Position numbers and translations under genes: made by a program
The notes under the pieces: generated by a model
Database searches by the model: none
What the model saw: only the letters and a program-made list of their open reading frames with translations
Told to the model about the DNA's origin: nothing
NCBI GenBank assembly: GCA_032718475.1
Contig: JAUCBJ010006976.1
Span: 1-64,000 of the forward strand
DNA length: 64,000 nt
Direction: 5' to 3'
DNA from: Nemertoderma westbladi
Taxonomy: Eukaryota > Animalia > Xenacoelomorpha
Shown here: positions 11,710-20,625 of the stretch, piece by piece
How the letters are laid out: every line of letters begins with the position of its first letter
How positions within the stretch are numbered: position 1 is the stretch's first letter

Positions 11710-12310
11710 TAGTATTAATAACATAATTTCAAATTTAACATTTTTTATGAACTATACGGGGTATTTTTGGTGACGTGACGTTCAAGGGGGGAGGGGGGGT
11801 TTCAAAATTCGTCACAGATTGTGACAGAGGGGGGGTCGGGGTCGAAAATCGTCAAAAAAAGCGTGACATCATTAGTGCACGGCCCCTATATAAAATATTC
11901 CAGAATGATGTTTATTTATTCAATAGAATAAATACCCCTAGCGAACGATAATTCTCGGAATCTTCGTAAGCCTATATCTCAGCTATATTCGTTCACGAAT
12001 TTCAGACATTGTTGTACATTTTACATATTTCGCATTTTTATAAAACGCTCAGATAAAAAGAGACACAATCGAAAAATTTGGTTCCATGTGGACATCGAAT
12101 GTGAGTTTTACTGCAGTAATTATTGTGTTTCAAATGTCAAGCAATGGGATTAAGTTTTGTAAAAATATGGGGTGTACGTGTCATCAGAAATTGATACTAT
12201 GTTACGTGTCGTGGTGTAGTTGCTAAAACAAACTGTCCACTGGTACACCGAACACATAATCCCGGTTTTGGTAATAATTCATGTACTATAGTACCTCTAA
12301 CGAGATTCTT

Positions 12311-15307
12311 CTACGAGATTCTTTTGATTTTCATTAAAACTTTTTCAATATATGTGGTATATACGAATTTGTTACTTATATTATTCCACATGTATATAGG
12401 TATTGTTCCTTCGTTCTTAATTCGGTTGAAGTCTACCATGATGCCTTGTTTCTTTCCGATTTTCCACCAAGTACCACAATCAGTAACGCAACTATCATCG
12501 CAATTTCGTTTATCAGGGAATACGCTGTTGTTGTAAGATGACATGAAATCGCTCCAATTCCCAGCGTTGTCTAAATTCCCGGTTACTTTGTAACCGTCGA
12601 CAATCAGGCGGTAATCCGTGCTGTTTCCAACAATGAATCTCGAATATTCAGTGGAGTAACTAACTTTTTCCCCAAAAATTATATCAATTCGAAGTGACAC
12701 AACTCCATCTTTGGTCAGATTCGATAATTTATCTAATCCCACCCAATACCCGCTATCTCCACGGAAACCGTCAACGTATTTGTTATCTTGGCAACTTTGT
12801 TTAAATGTCTCATCACCCTTTTCACTATCCCTTTCCATTATGACTAACCACGGTCCTTCGCATTTGACCTTTTCATTGAATCCAAATCGGGTAGCGGAAA
12901 TAGTTTCATTATTTGACACATCTGTGCATGGAAAATCGAACGATAAAATCTGTATTATGAAATGTATCATCAAAGTAAACGTTAACACATTGCACGACAC
13001 TGAGGTAATTAGCACAAGAACCAACCAAAACCGTCTTGTAGGCCTACTTAGTAATTGTACACTAATTCTCTTTAGCAATGCAAAGATATTTTCTTTATTT
13101 GTGAAGCCAACATCACTGCCACTGTCCTTCCTATCTTCAACACTATCTCTCCCAATGTCTTCCTTCTGATCCCCAATATCATCACCATAAACCACATCAC
13201 CATTTTGTCCCACTATATCATTAACCACATTTTGATTTTGACCCACGATATCATTAACAACTCTTCCACTTTGACCCACGATATCATTAACAACTCTTCC
13301 ACTTTGACCCACCATATCATTAACAACTCCTCCACTTTGACCCTGCTTATTAACCACATTTCGATATTGACCCACCATATCATTAGCAACTTTTCCATTT
13401 TGACCCACCATATCATTAACAACTCTTCCACTTTGACCCACCATATTAACCGCATTTTGATTTTGACCCACCATATCATTAACAACTCTTCCACTTTGAC
13501 CCACCATATTAACCACATTTCGATTTTGACCCACCATATCATTAACAACTCTTCCACTTTGACCCACCATATTAACCACATTTCGATTTTGACCCACCAT
13601 ATCATTAGGAACTCTTCCACTTTGACCCACCATATCATAGTCAACTCTTCCACTTTGACCCACCATATCATTAGCAACTCTTCCATTTTGAGCCTGCTTA
13701 TTAACCACATTTCGATTTTGACCCACCATATCATTAGCAACTCTTCCACTTTGACCCACCATATTAACCACATTTTGATTTTGACCCACCATATCATTAA
13801 CAACTCTTCCACTTTGACCCACCATATTAACCACATTTCGATTTTGACCCACCATATCATTAGGAACTCTTCCACTTTGACCCACCATATCATAGTCAAC
13901 TCTTCCACTTTGACCCACCATATCATTAGCAACTCTTCCATTTTGAGCCTGCTTATTAACCACATTTCGATTTTGACCCACCATATCATTAGCAACTCTT
14001 CCACTTTGACCCACCATATTAACCACATTTTGATTTTGACCCACCATATCATTAACAACTCTTCCACTTTGACCCACCATATCATTAACAACTCTTCCAC
14101 TTTTACCCACCGTATTAACCACATTTCGATTTTGACCCACCATATCATTAGGAACTCTTCCACTTTGACCCACCATATCATTAGCAACTCTTCCACTTTG
14201 ACCCACCATATCATTAGCAACTCTTCCACTTTGACCCTGCTTATTAACCAAATTTCTATTTTGACCCACCATATCATTAGCAATTCTTCCATTTTGAGCC
14301 TGCATATTAACCAAATTTCGATTTTGACCCACCATATCATTAACTACTCTTCCACCTTGACCCACCATATCATTAGCAATTCTTCCATTTTGACCCTGCA
14401 TATTAACCACATTTCGATTTTGACCCACCATATCATTAGCAATTCTTCCATTTTGACCCACCATATTAACCACATTTCGATTTTGACCCACCATATTATT
14501 AGCAACTCTTCCACTTTGACCCACCATATTAACCACATTTCGATTTTGACCCACCATATCATTAGCAACTCTTCCACTTTGACCCACCATATCATTAGCA
14601 ACTCTTCCACTTTGACCCACCATATCATTAGCAACTCTTCCACTTTGACCCACCATATCATTAGCAACTCTTCCACTTTGACCCACCATATTAACCACAT
14701 TTCGATTTTGACCCACCATATCATTAGCAACTCTTCCACTTTGACCCACCATATCATTAACAACTCTTCGACTTTGTCCCTGCATATTAACCTCATTTAA
14801 ATTTTCGCCTCCAATATTATTTACGACATAGTCTTCACCATCAATGTTTTGAACCACATATTCTTGGCCATCTACATTATAAACCTTATATTCTTGACCT
14901 TCAATATTATAAACCTTATATTCTTGACCCTGGATATGATTATCCACATTTCCATGTTGGTACTCAATATGATTAACCACGTTTCCATTTACACCATTAA
15001 TATTATTATTAACCTCATTTAAATTGTCGCCTCCAATATTATTTACGACATAATCTTGACCATCAATGTTTTGAACCACATATTCTTGGCCATCTACATT
15101 ATAAACCTTATATTCTTGACCATCAAAATTATAGACCTTATATTCTTGACCCACATATTGATTTTGACCCGCAATATCTTCGACTCCCTCTTCCCATCTA
15201 CCCCCAGCCTCACCCAATTGACCATTAACATTGTTATACACATTTTCCGAGGGATCGATATAGCTACTTATATACTGCCGAGGTAGTCTTCTTCCCGAAT
15301 CTCCCAT
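12311..15307 (-). CDS. Intronless type II membrane protein (~998 aa): repetitive N/Q/G/V-rich N-terminus, one transmembrane helix, C-terminal fibrinogen-related domain (FReD)
   Basis: Uninterrupted ORF from ATG 15307. Basic stretch RPTRR precedes a hydrophobic segment FWLVLVLITSVSCNVLTFTLMIHFIIQILSF. FReD motifs: C..GPWLVIMER, F..YVDGF..YWVGLDKLSNLT, LRIDI, EYSRFIV..DYRLIVDGY, C..GTWW, terminal LMKIK. Confidence 0.85.
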   Translation of the reverse strand: MGDSGRRLPRQYISSYIDPSENVYNNVNGQLGEAGGRWEEGVEDIAGQNQYVGQEYKVYNFDGQEYKVYNVDGQEYVVQNIDGQDYVVNNIGGDNLNEVNNNINGVNGNVVNHIEYQHGNVDNHIQGQEYKVYNIEGQEYKVYNVDGQEYVVQNIDGEDYVVNNIGGENLNEVNMQGQSRRVVNDMVGQSGRVANDMVGQNRNVVNMVGQSGRVANDMVGQSGRVANDMVGQSGRVANDMVGQSGRVANDMVGQNRNVVNMVGQSGRVANNMVGQNRNVVNMVGQNGRIANDMVGQNRNVVNMQGQNGRIANDMVGQGGRVVNDMVGQNRNLVNMQAQNGRIANDMVGQNRNLVNKQGQSGRVANDMVGQSGRVANDMVGQSGRVPNDMVGQNRNVVNTVGKSGRVVNDMVGQSGRVVNDMVGQNQNVVNMVGQSGRVANDMVGQNRNVVNKQAQNGRVANDMVGQSGRVDYDMVGQSGRVPNDMVGQNRNVVNMVGQSGRVVNDMVGQNQNVVNMVGQSGRVANDMVGQNRNVVNKQAQNGRVANDMVGQSGRVDYDMVGQSGRVPNDMVGQNRNVVNMVGQSGRVVNDMVGQNRNVVNMVGQSGRVVNDMVGQNQNAVNMVGQSGRVVNDMVGQNGKVANDMVGQYRNVVNKQGQSGGVVNDMVGQSGRVVNDIVGQSGRVVNDIVGQNQNVVNDIVGQNGDVVYGDDIGDQKEDIGRDSVEDRKDSGSDVGFTNKENIFALLKRISVQLLSRPTRRFWLVLVLITSVSCNVLTFTLMIHFIIQILSFDFPCTDVSNNETISATRFGFNEKVKCEGPWLVIMERDSEKGDETFKQSCQDNKYVDGFRGDSGYWVGLDKLSNLTKDGVVSLRIDIIFGEKVSYSTEYSRFIVGNSTDYRLIVDGYKVTGNLDNAGNWSDFMSSYNNSVFPDKRNCDDSCVTDCGTWWKIGKKQGIMVDFNRIKNEGTIPIYMWNNISNKFVYTTYIEKVLMKIKRIS
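13205..14800 (-). repeat. Coding minisatellite of interleaved 33-bp and 30-bp units, about 50 units
   Basis: Peptide units NDMVGQSGRV(A/V) and NMVGQ../..GQNRNVV; all length variants are multiples of 3. Confidence 0.92.
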
Positions 15308-17149
15308 TGTCACTTTTCTATCAGTTGTGCGAATACCTATAATGTTCCGTTTTTGTTAATAGGTAATTATACAGTAGATTTTTATATTCTAGAAAATAAC
15401 TAACTTCAGAACCCACAGCAACTATAAAACAATAATTTGGGCCTAGTAATGTTATAAATAAAGTATCTGCGTACACATTACAGCACGTGGACACACCCCA
15501 CAACTGATGTAGTTGCCAATGTTATTATTATTATTATATTTATTAATTCACTCGCAGATTGGGTTAAATATTTTGTAAGGTTTTTTTTAAAATACAGTAT
15601 ATAAAATGTGATTCCAAAATCACTATACGGATAAAAAGGAGGCTACAGAACGTCGTACTCCGTAGCCTATATATTTGATGGGATTAGTCCTACAATTGAG
15701 CCAATAATTTATATGATATAAGTTGTTTTTCGCAATACTGTAACTATTTATTTTATAAAATAAAAGTAGCATTTTTGTTCAACTTTATAATCCTCATTTT
15801 GAAGGAATAGTAAAAACATATTTTTTCGAGGCCGCGTATTCGATAATTCTATGTAGGGAATCTACAACCATTGTTAACAATTTGGATGGAGGCTTGTATC
15901 ATTTTCCAAACAAAAGTAATCTAGATAAGCAGTGATGTCCCAGTGAGGCTAATACATAGGATTTACCTCAAGAGCAAAATGGATCCGAATAAACTTTACA
16001 ATTAATAAATTAATAATATATAAATTAATTAATAAATATTACAACAACTGTATCCTTCAGTCAGAGTCCATACGGGTGAACTGTTGAGTCCACTCACGTA
16101 AATACTATTTCAGACTTCGACAGACTACATGCGTACCAGTCTGCAGGGATGGTCTAAACACGTTAGGTTTAATTTTCCCGAGATTCTCTGAAATAGGTCG
16201 CCCACTTCGTTGCTCGCTCCACACTCATTTATGACACCATATATTACACAATCTCCCTTAAGTCGGAGCCCGCCCCCAAATTTATTTTCAAACTTCAATC
16301 AAACTTCTTACTGCTGGCATGGCCGGATTATTCAATATTGAAATATTTTATTTAGATGCAACATAGATAAAAATGGGTGTTTATAAATATTTAACCATCT
16401 TTGTTGGCTTGGAATGTAATCTAGATAACATTAGAACCGCCTTCTGTTGAAGATTCCGAATCTGAAAACCGTTTTAAATTTTACACCAATATATACGTAT
16501 ATATACATTTTGACACGTAAATCTATATATTCTAATGTTTTTTACTCAATTCTAGAATATTAATTACGCGTAATGAAGAAACAGGTAAATAAATGAATAA
16601 TTGGAGTTGAGCTGTTAATGCAACTGTAATTAATTATATTAATTATTAATTAATATTATGGTTTGGTCATAATAAGCAGCAGCATGGTCTAGTGGTGACA
16701 TTCAAAAAAATAATTTAATTGTTTAATTGTTTTAATTTTTTAATTTTATCTTTTAATTTATTTTCTTCAATTGTTAATTGTTTAACTCTGTTAACCAAAA
16801 TTATGGTTAACAGAGATACAAAAATTGCAATTAAAAACTGCACATTTAAAATGGGTGGTGGGGGGTTGGGGGGTTGTAGTTTGATTTGGCCCTGGGCGCT
16901 GCACACACTCGGGTCCGCCTGCACCTGCATACAAGGATTCCAAAAATATAAAAACTTTTGAATTTTGATGGGATGAAATAGCTGAGATATGGACAAGATA
17001 TAGCCGAGGATTCGAATGTTGCATGCATGAAGGCCACTTTGCTTCCCATCCAGGCTATTTGTTCTATTTAATAAACGCAATTAATTTGTTTATCACTAAA
17101 ATTCATCATTCATAACTATTTTTTATTGTCATTGCGATTCTTTATTGCG

Positions 17150-17510
17150 ATTGTTATAAAAGCCTACCTCTGTATTCTGCACCTTTCCCTGAATTGGTAA
17201 GAACATTGTTTATTGCTTTTACATTGCTTTGGTTATAAAAGCCTACCTCTGTAACCTGCTCATCCTTTACCTTAATTGGTAACAACATTGTTTATTGTTT
17301 TGGTTATAGAAAATCTCACATCTGTAACCTGATCATTTACCTGACTTGGTAAAAAATTGTTTTTTTGTTTTGGTTAGAAAAGTCCACCTTTTCCTTTTCC
17401 TCAATTGGTAACAACATTGTTTATTGTTTTGGTTAGAAAAGCCTACCTCTGTCCCTAGCCTGCTCCTGTCCTTCAATTGTTAACAACATTGTTAAGTGTT
17501 TTGGCTAGAA
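17150..17510. repeat. Degenerate tandem repeat of about 60-75 bp, 5-6 copies
   Basis: Recurrent ttggtta(t/g)aaaagcctacctctgt ... aattggtaacaacattgtttattg. Confidence 0.8.
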
Positions 17511-18009
17511 ATTACATTCCATTTCTGCTATTTATCACACTATTACAAGTACTGTAGTACTGGAGTACGGTACACTACCAAACAGACAGATAGGGGGAAA
17601 AACTAACAAATGTAGATTCGAATTGATTTAATTTGTTGGAAAATGAATTAATTTTAGTGATAAGTGATTAATTTTAGTGCATTAAAATTTGTAAAAAATG
17701 TTTTTTTTTAGTGATGGAAATATTAGTGCCTTTAATAAATATAGGATATTATTATGCAACAATTTGTTAGATCCCATACGTAGTTGGGTATCAATGAAAA
17801 GCATCTTTAATCATGCTCTTACGTAATAGGGTTGAAGAATAATTGCAGTGTAACTGGTGAAATAACGCCAGAGACACCTTTATCAAATGGCAATATTTGG
17901 TTGAAATTTATAACGGTTTTATGATTTCAGACTCCGACTTATTAAAATGGTTCTGTATTGAGAGAGATGATGGTCTATGTATTTTTCAATAAATTAATAA
18001 TATTTGATT

Positions 18010-18033
18010 GTTGCCTAGCGACACTGTAAACAA
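18010..18033 (+). promoter_or_regulatory. Candidate RFX X-box with an adjacent forkhead site upstream of JIP3 exon 1
   Basis: GTTGCCTAGCGAC (18010-18022) followed by GTAAACAA (18026-18033), at the shift from AT-rich to more GC-rich sequence. Confidence 0.4.
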
Positions 18034-18662
18034 TATTTTAACCGCATTGAACACTGAACAGTTCGGAAAAGAAGCTTCATGCTTAGCTTAAGATTGATTG
18101 ATATCTGCATACAGGCATATCTGTGAGTCTGTCACCAGTACTGCTATCAGCAATAAGTAGGCCTATCTGCCTATTTTGTGTACCTGTACTACAGTACTAT
18201 ATCATTTAAATAATCCAATCGTTTAGACTGCCTGACCGCAACCGCAATAATCAGATAATACAGTCCGTCGGTCCGTGAGTCAGACAGTGCACCACCACTA
18301 CTGGCAGACTGGGAATTTACTACACAGGCTACAGGGACTTAGCGCCTGAGTGTCAAGCTGCTACGCTACGGCAGTACGGACACGGCTACACTCAGACTCT
18401 ACCAGCATTCATTTATTATTCTGTATTCATTAGGCCCCAGGACAGTAAGATGTTAGGTACTATCTTACCATTATTGCCAATTTATCAGATAATTTGTGGC
18501 TCTCAGGCTCTTGCAGTCTAAGAATTACCGGTACTGGCACTGGGTACTGGGGTAGGCGTAGAGGATTAATTTATGAATTCTGTTGTTTATAATATAAATG
18601 GAAAACATTGGGCATCTTTAGGAACAGCAACAGTAGTACGTGACTGTGCTTTGCCTACTCTT

Positions 18663-18745
18663 TTTGCTTTTGTTGACAAGCCGGCACAGCATTCTCTGAT
18701 TCTTAAAAATGCAGCTGCAATGCAGCATGCCGATCCTAGTAGTAG
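18663..18745 (+). mobile_element. Very short (~80 bp) 3'-end copy of LINE family B
   Basis: Encodes FVDKPAQHS followed by the 3' UTR and (TAG)n tail; TSD TTGCCTACTCTT at 18651-18662 and 18746-18757. Confidence 0.88.
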
Positions 18746-18973
18746 TTGCCTACTCTTCCTACCGGTGTTTCATCTGTTCATATCTGCATGTATTCCGGCT
18801 GTGCGGTGCAGTGAGGTTTGAGGTAGTACAGGTAGTAGTAGAGTATAGTGATAGATTTATTTCTATGCGATATCGATGTACCGCTACCGGTACAATACTG
18901 CTGTCCATTATTACACGACCCACTTCAGCGCTTCCAATCAAACAGCTAACTCGATAACATTCTAAACGCGAGA

Positions 18974-19357
18974 ATGACGAATTTAACGTCATCATTTAGT
19001 ACCGAGGTAGTCTACACGGGGGATGAGGATTCCTTCCCGGCGGTTGTCTACTCGGGTACCGGTAGTCCATCCAGCTCGGCGAACAGCGACGAGGCAGCTA
19101 ACCAATCACTGATGTCGCCGAGAGTGTCTCATCTTGCGAGCTCCATATACAAAGAGTTTGAGAGAATTATCACAGATTACCACGAGGACTCGATAAAGAC
19201 GTTGATGCCTCTTGTGGTCTCATTGTTAGAGACTTTGGATCAATCGGTCACTGATGGGGATGATAGGGAGGTTGAGAACGATCTTCTGAAGGAAGACAAC
19301 GAACAGCTAGTTACTCAGTACGAGAGAGAGAAACAGTTCAGGAAGTTGGCAGAACAG
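18974..19357 (+). CDS. MAPK8IP3: JIP3/JIP4 (sunday driver/UNC-16) first coding exon, RH1 domain
   Basis: MSPRVSHLASSIYKEFERII..LMPLVVSLLETLD..LLKEDNEQLVTQYEREK matches the JIP3/4 N-terminus; donor CAG|GTACCG at 19358, phase 0. Confidence 0.95.
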
Positions 19358-20256
19358 GTACCGGTAATATACACTGCGAGATAGGCCTATGTTGCGGTTT
19401 TTGGGACCAATCAATGTGTGTCTTTATTCTGACTGTCTAGGTTAAGCACTACCGGTCCGGTATCCGTTTTATCAGCTCATTTAGATAATGGAAAATGGAA
19501 AGTTTTTATTTACTTCCATAAGTAAAAACGCACCAACCAACATGCACAACACAATAAAATATGATCATTTTTTAAACATTCACTTAGTGACTGATAGCGG
19601 CCGTATCTAAATAATCAAATATCAGTATACAGTATGCTATACACACGATATAAAAACAAATTGATTACTATTGGTGAGTATGTTAGTATATGTGATCTAC
19701 AGTATAAAATAAGGATGTAGGATATTGTTTTTAAAATACAAAAAATAAATTAAAATAAGTCTGTAGGAGAGTGATCTTAAAAATTTCTTAAAATTTAATA
19801 ATTTAATAATAATTTATTTTTTAAAATCTTAAAATAGAAACAAACAACATATTAAAATACCTAAAATTTAATAAAATAAAATGATTTAAGTTAGTAGTTT
19901 TATTCTTAAAATAAACGATGTTTAATAAAATAAGTATATTATGTAATGTAGGTTTATTGAATCAAAATATTGTAAAATAATGTATTTAAGATAATGAAAT
20001 ATTGAAATGAAAATATAAAAGTTTATGTTCTTTTGGACTATTATTATGGTAGATTACGGAACGCTTTCAAGTATGAGCTCAAATCAAAATCACGTAATAG
20101 AGTTTTAAAGGAAGCTAGTGGTGTTCCTGAACTGCATTGCCGGTAATCCGTTCCAAGGGTTGAAAACTCTAAAGTAAAGGCTATTTCGTATTAAGCATGA
20201 TGCCACATTTATACTTATGTCCACGTGTTCTTATGTGCTGTGTTTTTATTGTCTAG

Positions 20257-20377
20257 AAAATGATTCAGGATGAAGATCTTTTCGAACAGGAACGACGGGA
20301 GATGATGGAGAGAATCGATTCTCTGGAGAGCAACACGAGGAATCTCGATGCTAAACTCAAGAATTACGTGGAACAAG
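20257..20377 (+). CDS. MAPK8IP3: JIP3/JIP4 coding exon 2 (121 nt)
   Basis: Acceptor ttattgtctag|, translation KMIQDEDLFEQERREMMERIDSLESNTRNLDAKLKNYVEQ, donor AAG|GTATGA; matches JIP3 KFIEFED..LELKAKNYADQ. Confidence 0.93.
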
Positions 20378-20554
20378 GTATGAGGGAGCCGTTATGGATG
20401 GGGATTTAGCGAAACACAAGTGGGGTGTCGTGCGGCAGAACTGTAAGCCATTTCAACGAACAGTTAATACAGCCATAGAATGATTACAACAGTTCGCCGT
20501 TCAGTTCAGGCGGGAGACCCACAACTAACAATCTGTAACTCTTATTGTTTTTAG

Positions 20555-20625
20555 TTTCACGATTTGAAGATCGGGAACACGATATGAAGAAAGATTATCA
20601 GACGTTGAATACAAGGCACACTGAA
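20555..20625 (+). CDS. MAPK8IP3: JIP3/JIP4 coding exon 3 (71 nt)
   Basis: Branch-like ACTAAC at about 20524, acceptor ttgtttttag|, translation (V)SRFEDREHDMKKDYQTLNTRHTE, donor GAA|GTGAGT; matches JIP3 SRLEERE.EMKKEY..L..RHTE. Confidence 0.93.

Larger units (their letters stand above)
10406..11886. mobile_element. Non-autonomous TIR DNA transposon (MITE-like; Zator/Harbinger-like termini, superfamily uncertain)
   Basis: Left end GGGGCGTGCACAAATGATGTCACG, right end CGTGACATCATTAGTGCACGGCCCC; TAT on both flanks; G-rich subterminal blocks with GTGAC/GTCAC motifs. Confidence 0.75.

Noticed and set aside
13205-14800. Alternative long ORFs over the coding repeat (531 aa on +, 375 and 150 aa on -)
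   Set aside because: Shadow frames of a repeat whose units are multiples of 3; only the 12311-15307 frame connects to a TM helix and a recognisable domain.
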